DNA from: Alphaproteobacteria bacterium
Lineage (GTDB): Bacteria > Pseudomonadota > Alphaproteobacteria > Bin95
DNA: 64,000 nt
Reading direction: 5' to 3'
NCBI GenBank assembly: GCA_964291285.2
Contig: OZ219785.1
Location: forward strand, 928,001-992,000
Every line of letters begins with the position of its first letter. The first letter of the stretch is position 1. The notes beneath the pieces were generated by a model. It had not been told where the DNA came from and ran no database searches. It was given only the letters and a program-made list of their open reading frames with translations. Shown one piece after another: positions 21,849-31,508 of this stretch. The translations under genes and the position numbers were made by a program.

Positions 21849-22949
21849 ATGCCGCCTATGTCCGCCCAAGCATCCGCCGAGACGGCCGCCGAGCCTGCGA
21901 TCACCACCACCGCCCGCGCCGCGCCGGTGCTCGACCAGCACCGCTTTCCCGAGGACCGGCTCGCCGGCTTCATGGCGCGCGAGGTCGAGGGCTTTGCGCC
22001 GCCGCTCCGGGTCTCGCAGTTCCGGGGCGGCATGTCGAACCCGACCTTCCTGCTGGAGGACGGCGGGGGCCGGCGCTACGTCATGCGCAAGAAGCCGCCC
22101 GGCAAGCTGCTGCCCTCGGCGCATGCGGTGGACCGGGAGTTCCGGATAATCTCGGCGCTTGCGGGGACGGACGTGCCGGTGGCGCGCGCGCTCGCGCTCT
22201 GCGAGGACGAGGCGGTGATCGGCCGGGCCTTCTACATCATGGAGCATGTCGAGGGCCGGGTGGCGCGCAACCTCATGCTGCCGGACCTGACCCCGGCCGA
22301 GCGCGCCGCCGCCTACGACGCCATGAACGCCGCGCTCGCCGCACTCCACAATGTCGATTTCCGCGCCGTCGGGCTGGAGGGCTACGGGCGCGAGGGCGGC
22401 TACATGGCCCGCCAGGTGCGCCGCTGGGGCGGCCAGTACGAGATGAGCAGGACCGACGAGATCCCGGAGATGGACAATCTCGCCGCCTGGCTCGGCGAGA
22501 ACATGCCGGCCGACGACGAAACCACGATCGTGCACGGCGACTACCGGCTGGAGAACATGATCCTCCACCCGGCGGAGCCGCGTGTGCTGGCGGTGGTGGA
22601 CTGGGAGCTCGGCACGCTCGGCAACCCGCTCTCGGACCTCGCCTACAACTGCCTGCCCTACCATTCGGGCGACGATGTGCGCGGCTTCCTCGGCGACATG
22701 GACCATGCCGAAACCGGCATCCCGTCCGAGGAGGACTATGTCGCCGCCTATTGCGCGCGCACGGGCCGCGGCGGCATCCCCGACTGGAGCTTCTACCTCG
22801 CCTTCTCCCTCTTCCGCCTCGCCGCCATCAGCCAGGGCGTCTACAAGCGCGGCCTCGACGGCAACGCCAGCTCCCCCGACGCCGTCCAACGCGGCGCCAA
22901 GGCCCGGCAGCTTGCGGAGACGGGTTGGGCGATTGCGCAGCGGGGGTAG
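21849..22949 (+). CDS. Phosphotransferase family protein (APH/ACAD10-like kinase)
   Basis: GGMSNPT, RKKPPG, SAHAVDRE, HGDYRLENM and DWELGTLG. Confidence 0.92.
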   Translation: MPPMSAQASAETAAEPAITTTARAAPVLDQHRFPEDRLAGFMAREVEGFAPPLRVSQFRGGMSNPTFLLEDGGGRRYVMRKKPPGKLLPSAHAVDREFRIISALAGTDVPVARALALCEDEAVIGRAFYIMEHVEGRVARNLMLPDLTPAERAAAYDAMNAALAALHNVDFRAVGLEGYGREGGYMARQVRRWGGQYEMSRTDEIPEMDNLAAWLGENMPADDETTIVHGDYRLENMILHPAEPRVLAVVDWELGTLGNPLSDLAYNCLPYHSGDDVRGFLGDMDHAETGIPSEEDYVAAYCARTGRGGIPDWSFYLAFSLFRLAAISQGVYKRGLDGNASSPDAVQRGAKARQLAETGWAIAQRG

Positions 22950-23193
22950 GGCGCGTACTAAGGAAGGCGGTGCCGGAGGTCAGACGCCCTACCCTCATGC
23001 CTTCGGGAGAGCGCGGAAACCGGCGCACCGCCCGGCACCTACATATCCTTCCGTTCGGTCCTCGACAGTCGCTGCTGCGCCGCGCGGAGATCGTGCGGCC
23101 TCGCCCCGTGCAGCGTGTTGAGGTAGGTTTCGGGACCGTCGTTTAACGTCCGCACGATGGTACGACAGAGGCCCGGTGCTCCACCCCCATATC

Positions 23194-23220
23194 TTCATGC
23201 CCGGACTTATTCCGGGCATC
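23194..23220. repeat. Short palindrome resembling alphaproteobacterial REP-like repeats
   Basis: ATGCCCGGA-CTTAT-TCCGGGCAT inverted repeat; only one copy noticed in the window. Confidence 0.45.
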
Positions 23221-23269
23221 TTCGTCGGAGCCTCCAACTACGGGTCATCGCCGCAATAGGAGTGCAAAT

Positions 23270-24232
23270 ATGACTGACGGAACCGCTCATGACTTACTTG
23301 AATGGATGCGACAACTTCAAGTCGACATGGCCATGCACTATGAACAGATTCGGAAGCGATCACGAGAAGACCCGGGCACAGCCGGAGACCAAGGGGAAGC
23401 CGATTGGGCCAAATTGCTGACCGAATGGTTGCCACCTACGCTGCAAGTCGTCACCAAAGGCCGGATAATCGGGCCTGACAATATTGTCGGCCCTCAAATA
23501 GATGTATTGGTGTTGAAGGACATATACCCCAAAGGAATGCTCAACAGAAAGCTCTATCTCTCCAGTGGGGTAGCGGCCGCATTCGAGTGCAAAACTACTT
23601 TGCGAACTCACCACATCTCAGAGGCGGTCGAGACCGCAGGAAAAATTAAGCAACTAAGCCAAAGACGAGGTGGGAGTCCTTACAACGAATTGCACACCCC
23701 CATCATCTATGGCCTGTTGGCCCATTCCCATAGCTGGGTGAAGGACAAGTCACAACCCGAGAAAACCGTCACCAGCAAGCTCTTGGAGGCAGACCGCCAG
23801 TTCGTCGCCCATCCGCGCAATTGCTTGGATCTATTATGTGTGTCTAATTTGGGTATGTGGGCAAGCTGGAAAACTACCTTCAACCCACCGTCCCTCTTTG
23901 CCACTTTAGCAGGGTATGGCGAGCACGGCGCTGCGACAAGCTCATACATGGCTTCTACCTGCCGACACAACAGCGCGAGTGACTCCTTTACTCCCATAGG
24001 TAGCTTGCTTGCCTACTTGTCCAGACGGCTTGCGTGGGAAATTCCCTCCTTACGCCAATTGGCAGATTATTACTACCAAGTCAGTCTAACCGGGGGAGGG
24101 ACAGTACACGAGCGCATATGGACGAGTTCGATATACAGTGATCCTGTCCGCCAACGGGTTGAACGGGGTCAAATGACTCCGGCAGGGCTTGGAGTGTGGG
24201 ATGAATGGAGTAACATGTTCTATTGTAGGTGA
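23270..24232 (+). CDS. DUF6602-like PD-(D/E)XK nuclease-fold protein (putative defence gene)
   Basis: GDQGE..W..LL..WLP, KGRII, PQIDVLV and AAFECKTTL; low GC. Confidence 0.75.
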   Translation: MTDGTAHDLLEWMRQLQVDMAMHYEQIRKRSREDPGTAGDQGEADWAKLLTEWLPPTLQVVTKGRIIGPDNIVGPQIDVLVLKDIYPKGMLNRKLYLSSGVAAAFECKTTLRTHHISEAVETAGKIKQLSQRRGGSPYNELHTPIIYGLLAHSHSWVKDKSQPEKTVTSKLLEADRQFVAHPRNCLDLLCVSNLGMWASWKTTFNPPSLFATLAGYGEHGAATSSYMASTCRHNSASDSFTPIGSLLAYLSRRLAWEIPSLRQLADYYYQVSLTGGGTVHERIWTSSIYSDPVRQRVERGQMTPAGLGVWDEWSNMFYCR

Positions 24233-24604
24233 CGGTCGTAAAAGGCGCTTATTTGCTGGCGTTGCGCGTTTTTGCGGGGCGTGATGATCGCAGTGATTGT
24301 GGTGCGGCGGTGTTTGTGACGGGGGCCTGGGACGGAAGGAGGGCGTAGCCCGACTGGAGTCGCCGGCCCCCGTCGCGTTGATATTTTCGCCTGCCGAGGG
24401 GAGGGTGTCCTGGCGCTGTCGGCGGGGGTCGCCGGGCTGCGCGAGGGGGTAGACTGGGGCTGCTGAGAACGATGCGGCGCCGGCCCCGTTTGCTAGGTGG
24501 CAACGACCGGCGCCGCACCCCCCGAGCCATGCAAGGCACGGCCCGTATGCGCAGTATCGTAGGCGTTCGGGCGTGGGTCCACCCCGTTCTCATCGGTCTT
24601 TGCG

Positions 24605-25039
24605 ATGAGGAACGCCGCCCGCCTGTTCACCTGCGCTTCGTGCCATCGCCAGGTTGTGCTGTGCCGGCGGTGCGACCACGGCAACATCTACTGCTCGCGT
24701 CCGTGCAGCGGCCGGGCGCGGCGGCGCTCGCTGCGCCTTGCCGGGCGTCGCTACCAGAACAGCCGGCGGGGCCGTCACAAGCATGCCGAACGCCAGCGGC
24801 GCTACCGCGAGCGCCGTCGCGTCCGTGCGCCTGAGGAGGGGCGCCGTGCGCAGAAAGTGACGCATCACCCTTTGACCCGTTCACCGCGCCGTCCTGTTGT
24901 GGCGGGCATGCCGGCGGGGCGCTCGGGAAGGAGGCCCTTCGGACCCGACCGTCCCGCCGGAGTGTTCCGCTGCGATCACTGCGGGCGGTTCTGCGCCCGG
25001 GCGGTCTATCCGGGCCTGCGCCCGGCGCGAAGGGAGTGA
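24605..25039 (+). CDS. Cys-rich putative zinc-binding protein inside the IS21 element
   Basis: CASC, CRRC, YCSRPC and CDHC motifs; abuts istA. Confidence 0.7.
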   Translation: MRNAARLFTCASCHRQVVLCRRCDHGNIYCSRPCSGRARRRSLRLAGRRYQNSRRGRHKHAERQRRYRERRRVRAPEEGRRAQKVTHHPLTRSPRRPVVAGMPAGRSGRRPFGPDRPAGVFRCDHCGRFCARAVYPGLRPARRE

Positions 25040-25040
25040 G

Positions 25041-26546
25041 ATGGCGATCGACCAGCAGACCCGGGCCGAGATCCTGCGGCTGTATTTTGCCGAGAAGTGG
25101 CGGATCGGCACGATCGCGCGCCAGCTCGGCGTCCACCACGGCACGGTCGAGCGCGCGGTGGCGGCCGCCGGGGCGCCCACGCCTGAGAAGCGGCGCAGAT
25201 CTTCGATGATCGATCCGTTCCTGCCCTTCGTCCGCCAGACCCTGGCGGTCTGGCCGAAGTTGCCCTCCAGCCGGCTCTACCGGATGGCGGTCGAGCGCGG
25301 TTACCGGGGGTGCGAGAGCCACTTCCGGCGCATGATCGCGCCCGAGCGTCCGCGGCCGGTGGCCGAGGCCTATCTGCGCCTCAAGGCCCTGCCCGGCGAG
25401 CAGGCCCAGGTCGACTGGGCCCACTTCGGCAAGGTGAGGATCGGGCGTGCGGAGCGCCCGCTGATGGCCTTCGTGATGGTGCTCGGCCACTCGCGCCGCC
25501 TCTTCCTGCGCTTCTACCTCAACGCCGGGATGGACAACTTCCTGCGCGGCCATGTCGAGGCCTTCGAGGCTTGGCAGGGCGTGCCCCGCGAGCTCTGGTA
25601 CGACAATCTGAAGAGCGTCGTGCTGGAGCGGCGCGGCGACGCCATCCGCTTCAATCCCCGGCTTCTCGACTTCGCAGGCGCCTACCGCTTCCTGCCGAAG
25701 CCGGTCGCGGTCGCCCGAGGCAACGAGAAGGGCCGCGTCGAGCGGGCCATACGCTATGTGCGCGACAGCTTCTTCGCCGCCCGCGCCTGGCGTGACCTCG
25801 ACGATCTCAACGCCCAGGCCCGGGAGTGGTGCGAGGGCGTCGCCGCCGACCGCCCCTGGCCGGACGACCGCTCCCTCACCGTGAGCGAGGCCTTCGAGCG
25901 CGAGCGCGGCTCCCTGATGGCGCTGCCCGACGACCGTCCCCCCGTCGACGAGAGGGTCGAGGTCAGGATCGCCAAGACCCCCTATGCCAGGTTCGACCTC
26001 AATGACTACAGCGTCCCGCATACCCATGTCCGGCGCACCCTCACCGTGGCCGCGACGCTGGAAGAGGTGCGCATCCTCGACGGCATGGAGGTCATCGCCC
26101 GCCATCCGCGCAGCTTCGACAAGGCGGCCCGCATCGAGAACCCCGAACACATTGAGGAGCTGGTCAGGCGCAAGCGTCACGCCCGCAGCCTGCGCGGGCA
26201 GAGCCGGCTGCTCCAGGCCGCGCCCAACAGCGAGCGCCTGATCGCCGAGGCCGCCCCCCGCGGCGCTTATATCGGCGCCACCGTCGCCGCCCTGCTGCGC
26301 CTGCTCGACCAATACGGCGCCGCCGAGCTCGAAGCCGCCATCGACGAGGCCCTCGAACGCGGCGTCCCCCATCCCAATGCCGTGCGCCTCAGCCTCACAC
26401 GGCGGCGCGAACTGCAGGACAGGCCGCCGCCGATCCCCATCGACCTGCCCAGGGACCCGCGCGTGCGCGACATCGCCGTGCGCGATCACGATCTCGGCGG
26501 ATACGACGGGCTGGCCGGCTACCATGAAAAGGACAGCGAAGAATGA
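25041..26546 (+). CDS. istA: IS21-family transposase
   Basis: N-terminal HTH, PGEQAQVDW, YDNLKS and KGRVERAIRY (DDE). Confidence 0.95.
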   Translation: MAIDQQTRAEILRLYFAEKWRIGTIARQLGVHHGTVERAVAAAGAPTPEKRRRSSMIDPFLPFVRQTLAVWPKLPSSRLYRMAVERGYRGCESHFRRMIAPERPRPVAEAYLRLKALPGEQAQVDWAHFGKVRIGRAERPLMAFVMVLGHSRRLFLRFYLNAGMDNFLRGHVEAFEAWQGVPRELWYDNLKSVVLERRGDAIRFNPRLLDFAGAYRFLPKPVAVARGNEKGRVERAIRYVRDSFFAARAWRDLDDLNAQAREWCEGVAADRPWPDDRSLTVSEAFERERGSLMALPDDRPPVDERVEVRIAKTPYARFDLNDYSVPHTHVRRTLTVAATLEEVRILDGMEVIARHPRSFDKAARIENPEHIEELVRRKRHARSLRGQSRLLQAAPNSERLIAEAAPRGAYIGATVAALLRLLDQYGAAELEAAIDEALERGVPHPNAVRLSLTRRRELQDRPPPIPIDLPRDPRVRDIAVRDHDLGGYDGLAGYHEKDSEE

Positions 26547-27337
26547 CCGACACCCTCATGAACCGCGCCCGCGCGCTGGGCCTGCACGGCCTCCTCGCCC
26601 ATTGGGGCGAAGTCGCGGAGCGCGACTGGCTCGCCTCCCTGATCGCGTGGGAAGAAGATGAGAAGCGCGCCCGAAGCCTCAAACGCCGCCTCGCCGACGC
26701 CCGCCTCGGACAGTTCAAGCCGCTCGCAGACTTCGACTGGGACTGGCCAAGGCGCTGCGACCGCATGGCCGTCGAGGACCTCATGACCCTCGACTTCCTC
26801 AAGGAGGCCGCAAACCTCGTACTGGTCGGACCCAACGGCGTCGGAAAGTCCACCATCGCCGCCAATATCGCCCACCGCGCCGTCCTCGAAGGCCACATCG
26901 TGCGCTTCGCAACCGCCGCCAGCCTGCTCGGCGAACTCGCCGCCATCGACTCCGACACCCTGCTCCAGCGCAGGCTGCGCTTCTACGCCCGACAGCACCT
27001 GCTGGTCATCGACGAAGTCGGATATCTCTCCTACTCCAACCGCCACGCCGACCTGCTGTTCAACATCGTCTCAAGCCGCAGCCAGCAGAACTCAACCATA
27101 ATCACCACGAACCGCCCCTTCGCCGAGTGGAGCGAGGCCTTCCCAAACGCCGCCTGCCTGGTCGCCCTCGTCGACCGGCTCGTCCACAACGCCGAGATCG
27201 TCGCCATCGACGGCGACTCCTGGCGCCGCAAGGAAGCCGAGGAACGTCAGAAGCAGCGCAGCGCCGAACGCCGCCGCCGGCGCGGACCGAAAGCCGGGCA
27301 AAGCACTGGAAAGGCGAACCCGGTCCCGTCGCCATAG
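26543..27337 (+). CDS. istB: IS21-family helper ATPase
   Basis: FDWDW, GPNGVGKS, IDEVGY, TTNRPF and DRLVH. Confidence 0.96.
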   Translation: MTDTLMNRARALGLHGLLAHWGEVAERDWLASLIAWEEDEKRARSLKRRLADARLGQFKPLADFDWDWPRRCDRMAVEDLMTLDFLKEAANLVLVGPNGVGKSTIAANIAHRAVLEGHIVRFATAASLLGELAAIDSDTLLQRRLRFYARQHLLVIDEVGYLSYSNRHADLLFNIVSSRSQQNSTIITTNRPFAEWSEAFPNAACLVALVDRLVHNAEIVAIDGDSWRRKEAEERQKQRSAERRRRRGPKAGQSTGKANPVPSP

Positions 27338-27339
27338 CC

Positions 27340-28212
27340 ATGCATCCCTCCCGCCCCCGCGAGCGGCGGGTGCGGGCCGAGAGCCTGCGGGGCTATCCCC
27401 TCGAACCCGTCGCCCGAGCCCTCGGCTACCGCAGCGATCCCGACAATGCCGTGCGCTGGAGACGGCCAGGATCGGTCCTCTCCATCAACCGCTTCATGTT
27501 CTACGACCATCTGCGCGCAGAGGAGGGAGCCGGGGCTATCGAACTGGCGGTCCATGCGCTCGGATGCACCCCGCCGGACGCCATCGACTTCCTCGCCGAA
27601 CTGTCCGACCTCTCAATGCCCCCAGGCGGCCGCCGGCAGGCGCCGGCCAAGGACCCCCGCTGGCCCAACCTCCGGCGATACCTCGTCGAGCGGCGCGGCC
27701 TCGCGGACGCGCTCGTCACCCTGTGCCGCGACCTCGGCCTGGTCCATGCCGACCCTCACGGCAACCCCGTGTTCGTCCGCCGAAACGCCGCCGGCGAGGC
27801 TACCGGCATCGAAACCGTCACCGCTGACCGCAAAACGACCGCGGGCGGCGGCTTCTGGATGTCCTGGGAGACCGAATGGCCACACGCCGTCATCCTGGAC
27901 GGCAACGCCCTCGACGCACTCTCCATCCTCTCCCTCCACCTCGGCCCGGTAAAACGCACCGAATGCGCCACCGTCTCCACCGGCGCCGTCGCCACCAAAG
28001 TCCCCAAATGGATCGAGGCATGGAACCCGCGCCTCATCTTCTGTGCATACGACGCCACCACAAACGGCGATCACGCCGCAAGGCGCCTCGCCCGCAACGA
28101 CACCAGAATCGTCCGGCTGCGACCCGCACTCGACAACCGGGACTGGAACGACATGCTCATCCGCGACCGAGCCGGCGAACCAATCGAAACCGATGACCAA
28201 CAGATCAACTGA
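27340..28212 (+). CDS. DUF3991/TOPRIM primase-like protein, possibly degenerate
   Basis: LEPVARALGY, GAIELAVH, RRYLVERRGL, DALS, CAYD and DWND pattern of plasmid-type toprim proteins. Confidence 0.65.
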   Translation: MHPSRPRERRVRAESLRGYPLEPVARALGYRSDPDNAVRWRRPGSVLSINRFMFYDHLRAEEGAGAIELAVHALGCTPPDAIDFLAELSDLSMPPGGRRQAPAKDPRWPNLRRYLVERRGLADALVTLCRDLGLVHADPHGNPVFVRRNAAGEATGIETVTADRKTTAGGGFWMSWETEWPHAVILDGNALDALSILSLHLGPVKRTECATVSTGAVATKVPKWIEAWNPRLIFCAYDATTNGDHAARRLARNDTRIVRLRPALDNRDWNDMLIRDRAGEPIETDDQQIN

Positions 28213-28554
28213 AAAACCGCAACCGGCCGAAAAATGTCAGCGAATAGGCGCGCTCTGTAACCGTCGCTAACATCTATTAGTTGTAAGGAAAACAACATGG
28301 AGAAACAAATGGAACCCATGACGCTGGCGGCCTCCTCCGCCAAAGACAGGTAAATGCAGCCCGACGATCTGCGTTGATGAGGACTAAGTACCCAGTCGTC
28401 TTCGGATCCGGACCTTTTGAAACGGTGGCCACGACCGCGCCGAGCCCGTAGCGGGCGTGATGGAAGTCATGCTTCTCGACGAAAGCCGGGCCGAAGATCC
28501 GCGCCATGCACTACCCTCTTGCGGTCAGCGGCAACTCTGCCTCCGGCTCCCCGG

Positions 28555-29166
28555 TCATGGCAGGACGCCGATCAGGACGAGGGGGACGGCGGGGACGCCG
28601 CGTCCCTGCCTCAGCACGTTGAGCAGGTCGCGCTCATAGTAGGGCACGCCGCTCGACATCTCCTTTTCGAGCTCCTTCATGGGGAGAATTTCGATCCCCA
28701 CGTCGATTATGTCCGAGACATAGAAGCTCAGATGCTTCACGAACAGGTCATGCGCCACGAAGGCATACTTGCCGAACTGGACCTCGACGGCGACCCGTTC
28801 CTTCACGAAATCGGTCTGGTTGTAGGACATGATCGGCTCATGCCCGGCCGCCTCGATTGCAGCCTTCTGTTCGGCAGCGGGCAGGCCGTAGATGCCGCGC
28901 AACAGCCGCTCGTCGTCCGTAACCCAGAAGGTGTTGCGGCGCTCTTCCCAGCCGAGTGCCTCCAACCCGCGCTTGAACGCGGCGTTCATGTCCAGCGGCG
29001 AATAGAGCATCCGGCCGGGCATCGTCTTTTCTTTCGACACTTTCGTCTTGCAGGCCTGTGCATCCACGGCGGCGATAACGTTCTGGACCTCGCGCCAGAG
29101 CTTCCGCCGGTGGACCAGCAGATATTCTTCGCCGTTCAGGTGGGAGTATTTTGCGCCGATCCGCAT
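28555..29166 (-). CDS. BglII/BstYI-family type II restriction endonuclease
   Basis: YSHLNG, QTDFVKERVAVEVQFGKY (D...EVQ motif); translationally coupled to the methyltransferase. Confidence 0.9.
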   Translation of the reverse strand: MRIGAKYSHLNGEEYLLVHRRKLWREVQNVIAAVDAQACKTKVSKEKTMPGRMLYSPLDMNAAFKRGLEALGWEERRNTFWVTDDERLLRGIYGLPAAEQKAAIEAAGHEPIMSYNQTDFVKERVAVEVQFGKYAFVAHDLFVKHLSFYVSDIIDVGIEILPMKELEKEMSSGVPYYERDLLNVLRQGRGVPAVPLVLIGVLP

Positions 29167-30005
29167 CAGTGCCCGCCGTTGGGCAAGGCCGGATCGTAGA
29201 TCGGCTTGCCCATCGGGCGCGTCCTCAGCGTTCCTTCCTGCAACCGGTCGATCCGGTCCCGCGCGATCTCGATATAGCGGGGCACGGTATCGCAGCCCCA
29301 CGCCGACCGCCCGTGCCTGAGCGCCGCGATGGCGGACGAGCCGACGCCGAGATAGGGGTCGAACACCGCATCGCCCTCATCCGTCATGGACAGCACCAGC
29401 CGCTCCACGAGCTCCACGGGGAACTGGCACGGGTGGACGGTCTTCTCCGGGTGGTTGTTCTTCACATTCGGGAACTGCCACACGTCGGAGGGGTTCTTGC
29501 CCTTCGGATTGCCCGACAACTCCCCGGCGCGCGGCCCCTTGAAGTGGCGCTTGCCGGGATATTTCGACGGCACCCGGATCGGGTCCAGATGCCAGGTGTA
29601 GTCGTCGCCTTTCGTCCACCAGTTGACGGTCTCGTACCGCCCGGACAGGCGCTTCGAGCAATGCAGCCCGTGTCCGAAATGCCAGACGATGCGGTTGCGC
29701 AGCTTCAACCCCTGTTCGGCGAACACCGGATAGAGGATCGAGTCGAGCGGGAAGATTTCGCCGCCCGCGACGCTGTTGCCGACCTGCCAGCAGATCGAGC
29801 CCCTGTCATCCAGAAGGCGAACGCATTCCGCGACCACGCGCCGCTGGCTCTCGACCCAGGCATCCAGCGACAGCCGCGCGCGCTCATACGACTTGCCGAG
29901 ATTGTAGGGCGGCGAAGTGACGATCAGCTTGAACGCGCCATCCCCGATGCCTTCCATGAAGTCGAGATTGTCCGCGCACTCAATGACGGCCCGCGCGCCC
30001 GTCAT
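29166..30005 (-). CDS. Site-specific DNA methyltransferase (beta class, probably m4C)
   Basis: TSPPY catalytic motif before HPCQFP and the DPYLGVGSS SAM-binding motif. Confidence 0.93.
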   Translation of the reverse strand: MTGARAVIECADNLDFMEGIGDGAFKLIVTSPPYNLGKSYERARLSLDAWVESQRRVVAECVRLLDDRGSICWQVGNSVAGGEIFPLDSILYPVFAEQGLKLRNRIVWHFGHGLHCSKRLSGRYETVNWWTKGDDYTWHLDPIRVPSKYPGKRHFKGPRAGELSGNPKGKNPSDVWQFPNVKNNHPEKTVHPCQFPVELVERLVLSMTDEGDAVFDPYLGVGSSAIAALRHGRSAWGCDTVPRYIEIARDRIDRLQEGTLRTRPMGKPIYDPALPNGGH

Positions 30006-30187
30006 GCGCCTCGCGCTCCCGACGCCAAGCAGATCACGGTTTCCTCGCCCACATGATCATCAATGAAGGATTGCAGCGATTCGCCCTCCGGGGAAGCGGC
30101 GGCCTGTGCATGAATGCGATTTGCCGCGCGATCCGCGACGTGAGCCGTGACGCTTTCGCCTGATAGTCGGGCCATGCCCTCTCTCAT
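30002..30187 (-). pseudogene. Short ORF resembling an IS1595-family transposase fragment
   Basis: DRAANRIHAQ...GESLQSFIDDHV..ETV recalls the IS1595 DDE region; recognised from memory only. Confidence 0.35.
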
Positions 30188-30204
30188 TCCGCCAATAGTT
30201 TTCG

Positions 30205-30237
30205 GAACTTAAAACGAACATATGAGGGGCATGTCAA
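30205..30237 (-). promoter_or_regulatory. Sigma70-like promoter with an alphaproteobacterial LexA-type box upstream of the RM operon
   Basis: TTGACA at 30237-30232; GAAC-TTAAAAC-GAAC at 30205-30219 overlapping the predicted -10. Confidence 0.6.
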
Positions 30238-30263
30238 GTCCGAAAATTCAAGCCTGCCGGCCG

Positions 30264-31457
30264 TCAGATCACGCCCTCCTCCCTGAGCCGCGCCGCGGTT
30301 TCGGCGTCGATGCCGCAATGCTCGGCGAGCACCTCGTCCGTGTGCTCGCTCAAGGTGGGCGGGCGGCGGATGTCGGCGGGGGAGTCGGAGAGCTTGATCG
30401 GGCAGCCGACGGTCTGGTAGGCGCCGCGGCCGGGGTAATCGACCTCCACGATCATCTCCCGCTCGCGCAGATGCGGGTCGGCCAGCACCTCGCCCGTGTC
30501 CTGGCAGGCCCCGCAGGGCACGCCGGCGGCGCCGAGCAGCTTCATCACCTCGAACTTGCTGCGCCGGCGGGTCCAGCTTTCGAGGAGCGCGTTGTATTCC
30601 TCGCGGTGCTCCCAGCGGCCCGCCGGCGTCTCGAAGCGCGGGTCGTCCAGTTCCGGAATGTCCACCACGCTGCGGAAGCCCTCATACATCTGCGGCTGGC
30701 AGAAGATATAGACATAGTCGTTCGGACCGCCGGGCGCGCAGGGATAGGTGGAGCCGGGCACGGTCTGGCCCAGCTGGTTGCCGCGCCGTGGCTGCACCAT
30801 GCCCTGGCGCTGGTGGTCCCGCAGGCTGACGCGCAATATGTTGACCACCGCCTCCTGCATCGCGACCTCGACCTTCTGGCCCTTGCCCGTCTGGTGGCGC
30901 TGCTGGAGCGCGGCCAGCAGGCCGATGGCGAGGTGCATGCCGGTGCCGGAATCGCCGATGGCGGGCCAGGTGTAGGTGGGCGGGTTCTCCGGGAAGCCGG
31001 TGACGCTCATCGCCCCGCCCATGGCCTGGGCGATGGGCTCGAAGGCCTTGTAGCCGGAGTTCGGCCCGTAGCTGCCGAAGCCCTTGATGGTGCCGTAGAT
31101 GAGGCGGGGATTGATCTCCGCCAGCACGTCGTAGCCGAGGCCGAGCCGGTCGAGCGCGCCCGGCGAGAAGTTCTCGACCAGCATGTCCACTTCCGCGATC
31201 AGCTTTTTGAACAGCGCCTTGCCGTCTTCGGTCTTCAGGTTGAGGGTCAGGCTCTTCTTGTTGGCGTTCAGCACCAGGAAGAACAGCCCGTCCTGGCCCG
31301 GAATGTCCGGCATCGCCCGGCGCGCGGCCTCGCCCCGGCCCGGCTCCTCCAGCTTGATGACCTCGGCGCCGAGCCAGGCCAGCACCTGCGTGCAGGCGGG
31401 GCCCGCCTGGTTGTGGGTCATGTCGATGATCCTGACGCCGTTCAGGGCCGCGCTCAT
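30264..31457 (-). CDS. Class III CoA-transferase (CaiB/BaiF, formyl-CoA transferase-like)
   Basis: HNQAGP, LGAEVIKLE, NANKKSLTLNLK, ENFSPG and IGDSGTG. Confidence 0.92.
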   Translation of the reverse strand: MSAALNGVRIIDMTHNQAGPACTQVLAWLGAEVIKLEEPGRGEAARRAMPDIPGQDGLFFLVLNANKKSLTLNLKTEDGKALFKKLIAEVDMLVENFSPGALDRLGLGYDVLAEINPRLIYGTIKGFGSYGPNSGYKAFEPIAQAMGGAMSVTGFPENPPTYTWPAIGDSGTGMHLAIGLLAALQQRHQTGKGQKVEVAMQEAVVNILRVSLRDHQRQGMVQPRRGNQLGQTVPGSTYPCAPGGPNDYVYIFCQPQMYEGFRSVVDIPELDDPRFETPAGRWEHREEYNALLESWTRRRSKFEVMKLLGAAGVPCGACQDTGEVLADPHLREREMIVEVDYPGRGAYQTVGCPIKLSDSPADIRRPPTLSEHTDEVLAEHCGIDAETAARLREEGVI

Positions 31458-31508
31458 GGGGGGCCGCTCCTTCTTGTCCTCATTGCCGGGCCGGCTATGC
31501 TCGCCGCC

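Larger units (their letters stand above)
24224..28272 (+). mobile_element. IS21-family element with passenger ORFs
   Basis: TG...CA ends with imperfect inverted repeats (TGTAGGTGACGGT / TGTTAGCGACGGT); 5-bp duplication TCTAT at 24219-24223 and 28273-28277. Confidence 0.9.

Noticed and set aside
23031-23043. CCCGGCACCTACA shared with 45697-45709
   Set aside because: A 13-bp match is expected by chance in 64 kb of GC-rich DNA and it does not extend
24590-24868. Antisense ORF within the IS21 left part
   Set aside because: It overlaps the Cys-rich ORF that is co-directional with istA and has no independent support
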